This document shows, one piece after another, positions 1 through 13,580 of a DNA stretch of 64,000 bases. The first letter of the stretch is position 1. The number at the start of each line of letters is the position of its first letter. This stretch comes from Hypanus sabinus (taxonomy: Eukaryota). The stretch lies in contig NC_082715.1 in the NCBI RefSeq assembly GCF_030144855.1, forward strand, positions 144,770,001-144,834,000, in the 5' to 3' direction. A program made the translations under genes and the position numbers. The notes under the pieces were generated by a model. The model was not told the origin of the DNA. It saw nothing but the letters and a program-made list of their open reading frames with translations, and searched no databases.

Positions 1-335
1 TGTGCAAGTTGATAAGAGGCATTGATCGTATGGATAGTCAGAGGCTTTTTCCCAGGGCTGAAATGGTTGCCACAAGAGGACACAGGTTTAAGGTGCTGGG
101 GAGTAGGTACAGAGGAGATGTCAAGGGTAGGTATTTTAATCAGAGAGTGGTGAGTGTGTGGAATGGGCTACCAGCAACGGTGGTGGAGGCGGATGCAATA
201 GGGTCTTTTAAGAGGCTTTTTGAGCTTAGTTAAATAAAGGGCTATAGGTAAGCCAAGTAATTTCTAAGTTAAAAACATGTTCAGTACAACTTTGTGGGCC
301 AAAGGGCCTGTATTCTGCTGTAGATTTTCTATGTT
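1..335 (+). mobile_element. CR1-clade LINE, 3' end of ORF2 and 3' UTR
   Basis: ORF 9-233 (LFPRAEMVATRGHRFKVLGSRYRGDVKG..FNQRVVSVWNGLP) is the typical CR1 ORF2 C-terminus; near-identical sequence at 30980-31300. Confidence 0.85.
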
Positions 336-339
336 TCTT

Positions 340-1005
340 TACACTTCACAATTTTGGATTTTCTCTCCATTTATAAAATAGTCTACACTTCTATTTCTTC
401 CACCACAGTGCATATACACCTCCTGAAATTGTGTTCCATCTGCCACTTCTTTGTCCATTCTCTGAATCTGTCTAAGTCTTTCTCTACTTCCTCAAAACTA
501 CCTGCCCCTCCACCTACCTTCATATCGTCTGCAAACTTGGCAACAATGCTATCAATTCTTGGGGTACTGCAAATCTGTGTCTTTATTGATGCTTGCTGCA
601 TGCTTGAATGCTCAGTGGAGGGCACGGATGCTTTCTTGTTGGTGGGTGTGGGAGGGGTCATTGCCTTGCTGCTGCTTGAGCGTGGGAGCTGGGAGTTGGG
701 GGGCTTTGGGTTTCTAATGTTTAACTGTCATGCATTCTTTGGGGCACTCCTCTGTTTTCATGTATGTTAGCAAAGAAAAAGAATTTCCTGATATATGCTA
801 TACACATTTCTCTGACATTAAACGTAGCTATTGAACCTATTGAATTCTGTCATCCAAATCATTGACATATAATGTACAAAGAAGTGCTCCCAAAACCACC
901 AGCCACTGGCAGCCAACCAGAAAACTCTTTTCCTCTGGCCTGTCTGGCACTGCTCTATTAATGTGAGTATCTTTCTGTAATGCCATGGTCTCTTAATTTG
1001 TTAAG
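340..1005 (-). mobile_element. CR1 RT fragments (left part of a LINE split by the insertion at 1006-3259; another short repeat intervenes at ~580-845)
   Basis: Minus frames give SIVAKFADDMKVGGGAGS..LQKDLDR-like sequence (383-560) and NKLRDHGI next to 1005. Confidence 0.75.
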
Positions 1006-1404
1006 TGTACAATGTCCTGCCAATGTTACTCGAAATGGCTTCTTTGGCTTGTTAAGAATAGGAATGCTTCTTTGTCTGATAAGTGTTTCCCTCACAGTTG
1101 TTTAGCTTTAGACTTGCTGATATGGGGATTGTATTCATTGTTAACCAATGGGGAATGTTATTTTGTCTTGTGAGGCTGGGAGCTTGGGGGGTTTTCGCGG
1201 GTTTTCAGGGGAGGCAGGAAGAAGACGCCGAGGAAGGTGGACATGCGCTGCACTGCTCAGTCGACCACCGGGGGTGGTCTCAGGTGCAAGGACATGGAGG
1301 TTGGAGGAAAGTGACGAGGGGTCGAATGGTTCGATGGTTGAGCTCCAACGTTGTGCACTAAGCTGACTGAACTTTGATAAGCTGGCGCCTTTTGCTTTTT
1401 CTTT

Positions 1405-1409
<5 letters not shown>

Positions 1410-1448
<39 letters not shown>
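1410..1448. repeat. (AT)n microsatellite inside the left LTR
   Basis: Perfect AT dinucleotide run; only a short remnant (atatacata) in the right LTR. Confidence 0.95.
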
Positions 1449-1451
<3 letters not shown>

Positions 1452-1699
1452 ATTGAATAATACTCCTTTAGTTTTAGTAAAATCTTTAAAGTGTATTTCA
1501 TAACAGTATCTGGTGTGAATTTGATACTGTGTGCATGCGTGAGGCATAAACTTAATTCCCACAGCACCTGCGTGGGTGTGGTGTGTGGCTGGATCTCATT
1601 TTCCCCTAGACATACACCAGCCTGTTGGGTGAGTGTTGCATTTGCTCACACCCCAAATCTGCAGGGCATCAAATGAGGTTACGGGCAAATGCTTTAGAT

Positions 1700-2620
1700 A
1701 TTGGTTGTAGAATGACCGGTACAATAAGGTCACCTGCGATCCCGTATCAATAACGGCTTACGCGTCCTCGGCCCTCGGGACAGAATCTTGATCAGGGACA
1801 GTTTGCCGATTCAAAGTCCTGTAGTCAACACACATGCACTAACGTTGTACACTAAATTGACTGAAGCTATTGAGACCTTGGTGTTGGTGTGTCCTGACCT
1901 GGTGGAAACCAATGGTGCTGTCCTCCTGGTGGGGACTAACTCCCCCGTTGTGCGACTGCTCCTGGGAGCTTGTAAGGAGAAAGTGGGGGGGGGGAACACT
2001 TTCTGGAGACCCTCTCAGTACATCCAGTGTTTCGAGCGGTGTTCAAAGAAGGGGTTGCCTCCCGAGGGTGGGACCCGGAGTGTAAACGATGGATGGTGTG
2101 GTGTATGCAGGCGAGGTCCAAGGTGATCCAACCAGGGGAGGTAGCACTCGTGATGGGGACCCCCAGATTCCCAAGAGAGCTGATGGGCAAAGCCCTCTTA
2201 GTAGACGCCCCGGACGATCTTGAAGGGGAGACATGATTTCCGGCAGGGGCGCTGGTAAGGCCCAAAGTGCAGAGACTGGGGTGGTACATGCGAGGCGTAT
2301 AGCCATAAGTGTCAGGAACACTACGGCAAGAGAAATCACCTTTAAGAGAGGAATGCCGCTGGCACATCTGTTCCTGGTGATGGTAAAGTCTAGCACACCA
2401 GTGAGGACTCCTAACAGGGAGGGGTTGGAGCATCGAAAGGAGCTGACCGTTGAAGCCTTTAACTTTGGGGTTCTCCAGTGTCGCTGGAGTGGAAACGCAG
2501 GCTAGTGGAGAAGATGCTGAAGATGGAAGCTGTTTTTTCTCGGGGCGAGTTTGATATGGGCTGCTCCAAAAGCACTTGCCACACCATCCGGGTGATGGAA
2601 GACACCCCGTTCCAAGAGAG
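1700..2620 (+). pseudogene. Gypsy protease / pre-RT pol fragment (frameshifted)
   Basis: ETLVLVCPD..LLVGTNSPVVRLL and VFSRGEFDMGCSKSTCHTIRVMEDTPFQERS resemble the Gypsy protease-to-RT region. Confidence 0.7.
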
Positions 2621-2638
2621 ATCCCAGATGAGCCCCCA
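2621..2638 (-). promoter_or_regulatory. tRNA-Pro primer binding site next to the right LTR
   Basis: Minus strand TGGGGGCTCATCTGGGAT vs canonical tRNA-Pro PBS TGGGGGCTCGTCCGGGAT; both mismatches are CpG-type transitions. Confidence 0.85.
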
Positions 2639-3259
2639 CAAATGTAACACTCACCCAACAGGCTGGTATATGTCTAGGGGAAAATGAGATCCAGCCACAC
2701 ACCACCCCCACCTTCCGTACACGCAGGTGCTGTGGGAATCAAGTTTATGCCTTGCGCACGCACACAGTATCAAATTCACACCAGATACCGTTATGAAGTA
2801 CACTTTAAAGATTTTACTAAAACTAAAAGAGTACTAGGCAATACAATATACATAAAAGAAAAGAAAAAGCAAAAGGTGCCAACTTATCAAAGTTCAGTCA
2901 GCTTAGTGCACAACGTTGGAGCTCAACCATCGAACCATTCGACCCCTCGTCACTTTCCTCCGACCTCCACATCTTCACACCTGGGACTACCCCCGGTGGT
3001 CAACCGAGCAGTGCAGCGCACATCTACCTTCCTCAGCGTGTCCTTCCTGCCTCCCCTGAAAACCCGCGAAAACCCCCCAAGCTCCCAGCCTCACAAGACA
3101 AAATAACATTCCCCATTGGTTAACAAATGAAAACAATCCCCATATCAGCAAGTCTAAAGCTAAACAACTGCGAGGGAAACACTTATCAGACAAAGAAGCA
3201 TTCCTACTCTTAACAAGCCAAAGAAGCCATTTTGAGTAACATACACAGGACATTGTACA

Positions 3260-4170
3260 TAAGCAATATCATGTATGGCACCTTCTCAAAGTCTTTCTGA
3301 AAATCCAAGTACACAACATCCACTGATTCTCCTTTGTTAATCCTGCTTGGTATTTCATGAAACAATTCCAAAAGATTCATTAGGCAATATTTTCCCTTGA
3401 AGAGAGCATGCTGACTAATGCCCTTTTTATCATGTGCCTCCAAATACCCAAAACCACATCCTTAGCAATCAACTCCAACATCTTCCCAACTGAGAGCAGA
3501 CTAACTGGCCTTTAATTTCCTTTCTTCTGGTTCTGTCCCTTCGTGAAGAGTGGAGTGACATTTGCAATTTTCCATTCCTCTGGAACCATGCTAGAATCAA
3601 TTGATTCTTGAAAGATCACTACTGATGCCTCCACAATCTCTTCAGCCAGCTCTTTCAGAACCCTGGTGTGTATACCATCTGGCCCAGGTGGCTTATCTAC
3701 CTTCAGCTCTCAGTTTCCTAACAACCTTCTCCAGTGTAATGGCAACTTCACACACATCTGCCCCCTGACAGTTTCGTACTTCCAGCATGCAGCTAATGTC
3801 TTCCACAGTGAAGACTGATGCAAAATGCTTAATCAGTTTGTCCACTATTTTCTGGTCCCCATTACTACCTTCACCAGCATCATTTTCCAGTGGTTCGATA
3901 TCTATTCCTGTCTCTCTTTTACACTTCATGTTTTTGCAGAAATTTTGGTATCCTCTTTAATATTATTGACTAGCTTATTCATCTTTTCCTTTATTATTAA
4001 TTCTTAGTTGCCTTCTGCTGGTTTTCAGAAGGCTTCCTAATCCTCTAACTTCCCACTAATTCTTGCTCTATTACATGCCCTCTCACTGGCTTCCTTTGTC
4101 AGCCACAGTTGTGTCATCCTGCCTTTAGAATACTTCTTCCTCTTTGTGATGTATATATCCTGTGCCTTCT
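3260..4170 (-). mobile_element. CR1 RT fragment (right part of the split LINE)
   Basis: GKYCLMNLLELF..INKGESVDVVYLDFQKDFEKVPYMILL (ORF 3210-3443) is a CR1 RT motif. Confidence 0.85.
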
Positions 4171-5089
4171 TCACATATTATCCCTTTAATTCTTGGGATT
4201 ATATAAATGCAAGTTTCTTTACCCATTAAAGATGATGGTTGAAAAGATTAAATGAAAAAAGTAAAGTGAAGTGGGCAAAATTTTCAGTGATTTAAAGATA
4301 GCTTGAATTACACAGACTACTGTAAATCATGCAAATGTACAGGGAAATGCAAAGGTTTTAAGCTCAGGAGCATATATATAGCTAGGGTGCCCAAGACTTT
4401 TGCATGGTACTGTAAAAGATAATAGAATGGTACTCAAAAATGAAAAGACAAAATTAAGAAAAATGATTATGAAGTTCTTTAGAAGATTTGCAGCAAATTT
4501 ATTAAAGAAAAATCTCTTAATTGAGGAAACAAAATATCATAAAACTATAATTATTTTCTATATATCTCATCATTATTTCTCCCATTTAGGAAGAATTGGT
4601 AACATTAATATGGTATGAGTATGCAGTATATCAACTAAGCTTATAAAAACAGCCACTGATTGGTGAAAAAATGAGGGTAAGGTAAATTAAGAAATAAGAA
4701 TTAATAAGTTATTGATTTCACAAAATTAGTGATGTATTAGTTAAGCATTACGAGGAGTCAGGGACAACATCTGAGAACTTAAGACTATTAAATGAAATGC
4801 TGAGATATCCTTCAGATCTTTAAAATTGAAGAAAAGAATGATAATTCATTTTATCATTGGAAAATATTGAAAAGTATTTTATATCACATTAAGATTAAAG
4901 CAGTATCTTTTCAATTCTGAGCAAGTTGTATGCATCAATAGATTGTCAGAATCATATTTATTATCCCCGTCTTATATGATGTGAAATCTGTTGTTTTGCA
5001 GCAGCAGTACAGTGCAAAACATAAAATTATCCTAATGTATAAAATAAACAGTGCAAAAATAAGGAGTAATGAAGTAGTGTTTATAGACA

Positions 5090-5233
5090 ATAGACAATAG
5101 GTGCAGAAGTAGACCATTCGGCCCCTCGAGTCTGCACCACCATTCTGAGATCATGGCTGATCATTCACTATCAATACCCAGTCCCTGCCTTGTCCCCATA
5201 TCCCTTGATTCCCCTATCCATCAGATATCTATC
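5090..5233 (-). mobile_element. 5'-truncated CR1 3' tail
   Basis: ATAGACA tail repeat plus CR1 3' UTR; nearly identical to 53243-53390. Confidence 0.75.
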
Positions 5234-7559
5234 TAGCTCCTTCAACAGTTTATGGACTGTTCTGATGGTGGAGCGGAAGAAGATTATCTTAAATCATTGA
5301 TAGTGAGTATTCAGGCTCCTCTAACTCCTCTCAGTGGCAGCTTGATCCACACTCGCACCTCCTCTGAGTGAAATAATTTCTCCCTCAGATTCCCCTTACT
5401 ATACATCCTTTCACCCTAAACTTACAACCTCTAGTCATATTCTCACCCAATCTGGGGGAGAAGTTTGCATACATTCACCATATTTGCACCCCTCATAATT
5501 TTGTATACATCTGTGAGATTTCTCCTCATTCTCCTCTACTCCAGGATAATAAATCCTAACCTATTCAACCTCTCCCTAGAACTCATGTCCTCAATTCCTG
5601 GCAACATATATGTAAATGTTCTCTGTGCTCTTTCAAGCTTATGGATATCTTTCCTGTAAATGGTGACAAGAACTGGGCACAATGTCTCAAATATGGCCTC
5701 ACCAACACTTTATATAACTTCAACACAACATGCTGACTTCTTTACTCAAATCTTTGATTTATGAAAACCAATGTGCCAAAGGCTCCCCTAATGACCCTGG
5801 TTACCTGTGATGCTACTTACAATGTAGTATTGAACTACATTGCCAAACTCCTTTCTTCTTCCATAGGCCTCGGTGCCCATCCATTCACTGTGTAAGTCCT
5901 ACCCTGGTTTGTCCTCCCAAAGAACAACAACTCACACTAGACCGCATTAAATCCCATAAATGGATCCCCTCTTGCACCTGAGCTGCTGAGTTCCTCCAGC
6001 ATTTTGTGAATGTTACTTTGGATTTCCAGCATCTGCAGAATCTCTTGTGTTTAAATTCCAATTGCTGTTTTCCACCCATTTTTCCAAAGCTCCATTTGTG
6101 GAATTCTGGGGAAGTAGGTGGCCATCTGGACAATTTTATTAAAGTTTCGTTTAAGAAACCTGCTGTCATGTGGATTGACAGGGTTGATGATTGCAGTACT
6201 CTGAACATGATTTGAAGAGATTTTAAGAATTATTGCAGGAACTGGTGACAGAGAAAAAAAAAACAAATTTGCACACAGAAAGCTGACAGTGTTCGCCTGC
6301 TGAAATTTCTTTCTGTCAATATTTTCTCATTCTTAGTGGTGTCACTGTGACAGCAAAGATGCACCTAAATCACAGTGAGTAGAAAGAGTGGGAGAACATT
6401 TATAACATAGGAAATGAAGACTTTGATGCACCAATGCAGATCAATGCTGGTACTCAAAGGTTAAATTAGCCTAGTTCATTAAAAATAAAGCCTTGCAATT
6501 TATATTCCGACAGACATTGTACTTTTATGTATGATTAGTGGTTTAATTTCACAAAGTTGTTTAGTTCTTTAGATGTAACACTGAGCAGTCAAATAACACA
6601 TGAATGCACGATTAATAAGAGATGCTTCAGTTAACATAATTCATGTGCAGAGAGACAGTAACTATATGAGTTAGTGCTAATGACACATGGTACATTGGCC
6701 TTCATTGCAAGAGGATTTGAATACAAGAGCATGGATATCTTGCAGCACCTGTACAGGGCCCCATTAGACTTTGTGTACAGTTTTGGTCTCCTTACCTTGA
6801 GGAGGGGTATTGTTTCTATGAAGGGAATGCAGTCTTGATGAAGGATCTCAGCGCAAAACATCCATTGTTTCTTCCTGTAGAAGCTACCTGACCCATTGAG
6901 TTCCTTTAGTATTTTGTGTGTGTTGCTGAAATTTTTCACCATCTGCAGAATATCTTGTGTGCTTTCCCTAAAATTTCTCACTCATTATCACTACTGGTGA
7001 CCCACAAAATCTAACAACATTTTTAGAAATCAGCAAGTAAATGTCCTTTCAGCCATTTATGTGTGCAGCGGAAGTTTACTGGGATAGTTAGATTGATGTA
7101 TGAGAAGACATTGGATTGATCAGGTCTATCATTCACTGGAGTTTTGAAGAGTAAAAAAGAATCTCATAGGAACCTGTAAAATCAACACAGGAGAAAACAA
7201 TCATGATACAAAGAAGATGTTGCCAATGCCTGGGGAGCCCAGAGCCAAGGAAAACTGCTTTATTGTAACAATTAATTGGCAACGGAATTCCACTGTGAGC
7301 TGGCATTGACTTGATGGGTTAAAATGGCTCCGTTCAGACAATAGTCTCAAGGAAATGTAACATATATTATATTTCACATACAGAGCATCAGGACCCACAC
7401 CACAGGTTCAGGAACAATTATTAACCCTCACCCATCAGGCTTTTGAACTAGGGGATAACATCACTGAAATTTTCTCACTGCCCAAGGACTCACTCTCCAG
7501 GACTCTTCCTCTCATGTTATTGATATTTATTGCTTATTTGTTATTAATCTGTTTATTTT

Positions 7560-8760
7560 TTCTCAGCTGAAGCTGGGAAAACCTGAGGTACAGGCATAGC
7601 CAAGCACACTCATTTGTCAATTGCTAGGGACTTTCAGACTATTCTAGTGGTGTTTAGTATTGTGCCTTTCTGAAGATTCACATAAATACTACTATGTAGC
7701 CCCAATTTTTCAATGCTGTTGTGCAGTGCCTTTGGGATGACACCTGATGTAGATATTACTATTGGACAATGTATACCTTGTTCATGTTCCAAAGTCTTTC
7801 AATTTCCTCTTTTAATTCAGCATATTTCTGGTCTTTTTCACTTACTGATTTTTGTGTATTTGAAATGGCTTTATCTGTTAAGTAAGTTGTTCTTGCTTGT
7901 TTACCCTATACTATTATATCTGGACAGTTATTATGGATTCTTCTATCAGAAATAACTGATCAGTCATAATATAATTTGGGGTATTCTTACTCTAAAACCG
8001 GATTCGGCTGGTATTTATACTAAGGTGTGATTTCATTTATGAGTTTGTATTTCAGTTTATATTTTAAAGCAAGATTTTGATGAATGATGTTTGTCACTTG
8101 ATGGTGCCTGTTTTGGTAATCAGATTGTGTTAAACTGCTACGGGATCCTGGAATGTGTTGTATTGTTTCTGTTTTTTTCTCAGCAGGCTCTACATTTGTC
8201 ACCTGAATTTGTTGGTCTTTTAATATATATTTTTAATAATTTTTTGTGTTCACTACCTGGTTCTGTATTGCCACAAGGAACCCTTCTGTTTCCAGGAAGA
8301 GGTCTCCAAATCTGAGCCAGGCGATCACACTTCCTTGTTTACATTTGGTCTGCTCTGATCATGCAGATATTTTCCATGGATGCTCATGCTCCTCCATTGG
8401 TTAACCTTTTCTTCAATATAATGTCTTCATTTTTCTGGGTTGTGCTTTCATTTAAGTTTAGTCATGTGTACTTCTTATCAGAATTGCACATGCTTGTGTG
8501 AAATGCTGATTCCTGTTATCATTGATGAAAGTATATCCTCTTAAGTTTTATATGACTGTTGTGTAGATTTTTAATGTCTGTTATTCATCTTCCCCCTTCT
8601 GTGTTAGGCAGTGTTAATCTAAGTATATTTGAGTGCACATAATCTTTTCTGAAATTTGTCATTTCAGTTCTTATTTTTCTTTGTAATTTTCCAGATCAAT
8701 TTTGGACCAAGATATTATGCTAAAAGAATACATTAATATAGATAGAGAAAAGATGTTTAT
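7560..8760 (-). mobile_element. R4/Dong-clade (Rex6-like) non-LTR retrotransposon relic, 3' part
   Basis: ETIQHIPGS..LTQSDYQNRHHQVTNIIHQNLALKYKL (8020-8202) matches the CCHC/RLE region of R4/Dong elements; paralogous to 11330-13580. Confidence 0.7.
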
Positions 8761-9105
8761 TGCCTTTGTTATATTTTTACTATTAAGCTCTGTTTCACAG
8801 ATTTTCTTAAGCTTTGAAGTAAATTCTGTCAAAAGTTCTTCCTTTATCACTCTATGATCTACATTCTTTCCTTAATGATATCTAAGATACTTACTGTATA
8901 TGTTTCATTTTCATCCATCATTTGTATTGTATCCTGCTGCTGTTTTATATTCTATTAACTCTATTGCACCTTTTTTAAATTTAATGTTCTGCATTTATCC
9001 TGGGACAATTAATTGGGAATGGAGTTCCACTGTGTGCTGGCATTGAATTGATGGGTTAAAATGGCTCCGTTCAGACAATGGTCTCAAGAAAATATATCAT
9101 ATATT

Positions 9106-10029
9106 TGTCACAATGTGGGGGCAAGGGTGCTGGGGGAGGACCCAAATGCAGGACACAAAACACTGTTTTGTGGGGTTAACTAAATAGAGTTTATTACTAG
9201 TTAAAAGGAGTACCGTGATGCAAGATAGAACAGAGAGAAATCAAGGAGAGCAAAGTGGAAAATGAATAGGCGTAATGGACAAGGACTCAGGCCTTGGACT
9301 AGGCTGGGCCTTAAGGTTTGGGCTAGGACTTGGAGCTTGGGGATCAGAGCCAGGATTCGGAGCTCCAGGACTCGATACTGGGACCATGGAGCCAGGACTC
9401 GATACTCAAACACAGGACATAGAACACTGAGCCATGACCTCCTTAAATACAGGGCATGGAGCTGGGATTCTTCATATTCATGGGACAAACTCAGACACAG
9501 GACATAAAGCACTGAGCGGGGAATCTTCCTTAGACACAGGACGGAGTCAGGACCCTTCTAGGGTACAGGGCCAGGACCCCTTTTAAACACAGCACGTGGA
9601 TATGGAGACCTCATAGCAATAGACGGTACTATAACTGGGCACAAGTTTACTCCAAGCAGCGGTGAGCTCCTGACTCACCCTGGTGGGTTAACCTTGCCGG
9701 ACCCACTCTGGCAAGGGAAGCTGGCTTGCTGGTACTTGCTTTGGGAGGAGACTTGGCTTGCTCCGGCAAGAAACTTAGTTGGCTCCGGCTAGATGACTTT
9801 GGCTCGCACTAGCTTTGGTGACTTTGTTAACGCTCAATAATGCTCTCGCTCCGAACGGCTGAAGCCGGAGACTTATAAACTGCCGGTTCGGGTTGAGAAT
9901 AAATTTCCTTTAATCACCAAGACCGAGGGACACGGGAAAACAGGGAATTAAAGGGAAACAAGAAGCCAACGGTCTGGATTGTAACACAAACAAGGTAAAT
10001 TTAAAGGGAACCCAATCCGGACCATGACA
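9106..10029. mobile_element. Solo LTR with 5-bp TSD ATATT
   Basis: TGTCA...TGACA termini; ATATT at 9101-9105 and 10030-10034; an empty-site paralogue of the flank lies at ~7255-7385. Confidence 0.85.
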
Positions 10030-11329
10030 ATATTATATTTCATATATCTTATATCTTTAAAAATTGTTCTACTTTTTGAATTAATTGCTTCAGCTTAACT
10101 GGTAAAGGAGCTTGTAATTTCAAATAATCCATGTATAGAAAGAGTGATAAGGTATGGCTCATTTTGTTGTTTCTGGTTTGATATGCAATTTTTGTCCAAT
10201 TCTGTAAATTAGAGAACAGTTTTACAGCTTGACAGAACCATAGTGGACTTGAAGAGTCACCCTGGAAAATACACAGTTTATTTTGATAATGACTGTTGTT
10301 TGTTCTTGATTGTTAATGGATAGAGCAATTACAGTACACCAATGCTTCATTAAATGTTGAAGGAATTTCACAAATATTGGGTATTGTTTATATATATTAA
10401 GAACTTTTATCAACCATGAGTGTGGGACAGAGTCAAATGCCTTCTGGTAGTTAATATAGCAACATGAAAGATATTATTATTACATCATTTCTTTTATTTT
10501 GGTATTTGCAGGCTTTGGTGTCTTTTGCATATTGACTGCTTGTCTGTCAATGTGCTCGATCATTTAGTTAAGATACATTTGGAATTCTCTTCAGCAAGTA
10601 TCAGTTATGCTTGTCCTGTCCAGATGAAAGGTCTCAGCTTCTTATTTATTATTCCAGATTCCTCACTTCACTCTTGTGTTACTAGTTGTTATTGGGGCTA
10701 TTGTTAATGATTAATCTGAGATTGATTGATCTTTATTAACTAAGAGTAATAGTTTATGTAGGAAAAGATAGATATGTGGCATAGTTACAGATTAGCCATC
10801 ATCTAATAGAATGATAACACAGTTTTAAAGAGCAAAGTGGCCTCATGTGATCCAGTGTTCCAAGTCATGGAACACAACTAAGTTATTATTCTGACAGATA
10901 GTTAATTGATGGATTATTGATCTGTGGTTCTTTTAACCAAAGGAATCAGCCATCCATGTTCCAACAATAAAAGTAAATGCTAAAGTTTAATAAGCTGCAG
11001 AATTTATTTCTGCTGAATTCTGATTGCTCCATAAATTATGCCACATGGATGTAAATCTTGCCTGAGAACTAAATGCTAAATTTGAGATTCGATTTAGGAA
11101 AGCAATACTTCATATTAATGATATTGGCTTTTGATTTATCAAAATGACTGCACTATTGCACTAAAATAGCCATTATTTGTGGACTCATCCACACAGTCAA
11201 AGGCCACAAATACCACATTTTCATGCATTCAGAATCAATAAAAATGAAAAACTGTGGATTTCTGTATTGTGCTCTCATTTAAGTTTAGTGGTGAATACTT
11301 CTGCTTATTATTATTATATTTTAATTTTC

Positions 11330-13580
11330 TTCAGCTCAAGCTGGTAAAACCTGAGGGATGGGCATAGCCAAACACACTCATCCCTCAATTGCTAAAAACT
11401 TTTTGACTGTTCTGGTCATGTTTAGTATTGTGGCTTTCTGAAAATTTACATAAGTATTGCTGTATAGACCTAATTGTTTCATGTTATTGTGTAGTGACTT
11501 TGGGATGATACCTGTTGTAGATATTACTATTGAGACAAAGTATACTCTATTCATATTCTATAGTCTTTCAATTTCCTTTTTCATTCACTATACTTCTGGT
11601 GTTTTTCACTTATTGATTTCTGTGCCAAAGAAAGTGATGAGCAGCCTGCCTAATCGACTATCATCCAGTGGCATTGACATCAGCCAGTTCAGCATTTAAG
11701 ACCATCATACCCCAGAAGCTGGTGGGGAAACTGTCCTCGCTGGACCTCAACATCTCTCTCTGCAACTGGATCCTGGACTTCTTAATGGAAAAAACCACAG
11801 TCAGTCTGTATGGGCAGCAATGTTTCTAGCTCCATTATGCTGAACCCTCACACTTCTCAGGGCTATGTGCTCAGCTGGCTTCTGTTCACACTGCTGACAC
11901 GTGACTGTGTCACAGGGTTCAGCTCAAACCATGTCAGCAAGCTTACAGATGATACAATTGTAGTCGGCCACATAAGTAACCATGATGAGTCAGAGTACAG
12001 AGAGGAAGTAGAGTGTCTAGTGGACTGTTGTGAGAAAAGCAACCTAAGTCTGAATGTGGGGTGCCCTAGGAAATCATTGTGGATTTCAGAGAGGTGCAGA
12101 TGAACTGTTCCCCACTGTCGTCATGTCTCCTCCACAGAGAGAGTTAAGTGTACCAGGTTCCTGTGAGTTCCTGTCACGGATGACCTCACCTGGTCTCTTA
12201 ATATCTCCTTCCTAACAGGAGAGCACACATCAATGCCTCCGCTTCCAAAGGAGATTGAGGATAGTGAAGCTGCCCCCCCCCCCACCCCATCTTAACTGCA
12301 TTTGATAGGAGCATCATTAAGAGCATCCTGACAAGTTGCATCTCATCTGGTATGGGAGCAGCAGAGCATCAGACTATAACTCCCTACAAAGGACTGTGAG
12401 AATGGTTGAGAATATCATAGGGATCTCCCTACATTTATCAGAAGTACTGCACACACAGGGCCCTCAGTATTATTGAGGATGGTCCCATTCATCCAGCATC
12501 CTCTTTGATTTTCTAGCATCAGGCAGGAGACTCCAATGCATAAAAAAACAAGAACAGTTAGAATGGAAAACAGTTACTTCCCTCAGGTCATTAGGCTTCT
12601 GAATTCTGTCATATTGCCTGTAAAGTGTCCCTAGTTAATCTGCTCTGTACCTTACAATACTTAATTTGTGCACTTTAGCTTGTTTATTTATATGTAATCC
12701 ATCTGTAGGTTTCATCTGTACTTTCATAAGTTATTATGTGTAATGCATGATAGGTATACTACAGTGCTTTACACCCTGGTTCGGTGAAACATTGTTTTGT
12801 TTGACGGTATGCATGTATGTAGTTAAATGACAAGAAACTTGACTTGAATTGACGATATGCAGTGTGTGCTTGGAATGGCTGTATCCTTGTTTATTCTATT
12901 ATTTTATGTTTGGATGTTTATTATGGATCATCCTATCTGAAATAATGGACGGGTCATAATATAAGTTGTAGCACTTGGACGCTAAACCTGGATTGGGCGT
13001 TTATTTACAGAAAGGTATGGTGTCTTTTGTGAGTTTGTATTTTAAAAAAAGATCTTGGTGAATGGTGTTTGCCTGTTGTTTGTGCCTGTGTAAGTAATCA
13101 GATTGAGTTAAACTGTTGCAGGATCCTGTCATGTGTTGAATTCTTTCTGATATTTCTTGGCATTTTCTGCATTTATCAGTTGGTCTCTTATTATGTATTT
13201 TAATCATTTTTGTGCTAACTACCTGGTCCCCAATTTCTACAAGGAACCCCTCTGTTTCTGTGAAGAGGTCTCCAACTCTGAGCCAGGTATTTGGCATTTA
13301 GTCTGGATGTGAATCTGGATAATGGGAATGTCTTCTATGGAGGATCCAGCTCATCCATTGGTTAAATTTACTTCTGCAGTGATAACTTACTCAGTTTTTT
13401 TCTGGATTGTACCTTCACTTAACTTTAGTGGTGTGTGCTTCTTGCTAGAATTGCATATGATGGTGAGGAGTCCTGTTTTTGATGATGAAAATACATCATT
13501 AAAATTTTATCTGACTGTTGTCTTCATTTTTACATCTGTTATTCCTCTTCTTAGTTCTATTCCTTGTTGTTCAGTCATTT
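11330..13580 (-). mobile_element. Second R4/Dong-clade relic, interrupted by a Rex1/Babar insertion
   Basis: ORF 13001-13297 WLRVGDLFTETEGF..DQVVSTK..CRKCQE..IQHMTGSC..YLHRH..IHQDL is the R4/Dong zinc-knuckle region; a TAA-like run lies at its 3' end (~11305-11318). Confidence 0.75.
11630..12850 (+). mobile_element. Rex1/Babar LINE RT fragment
   Basis: ORF 11810-12103 SQGYVLSWLLFTLLTRDC..SSNHVSKLTDDTIVVGHISNHDESEYREEV resembles Rex1 PQGCVLSPLLF..KFADDTTVVG..DE..YREEV. Confidence 0.8.

Larger units (their letters stand above)
1006..3259. mobile_element. Gypsy-derived element with inverted LTRs (fold-back), flanked by 4-bp TSD TAAG
   Basis: 1006-1640 and 2643-3259 are reverse complements, each starting TGTACAATG at its outer end. 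TAAG lies at 1002-1005 and 3260-3263. The flanking CR1 frame rejoins across the site. Confidence 0.85.

Noticed and set aside
6060-6270. Weak V-like pattern (AIINPVNPHDSR; SFGKMG) on the minus strand
   Set aside because: No YxC, no consistent frame or splice sites; compatible with chance.
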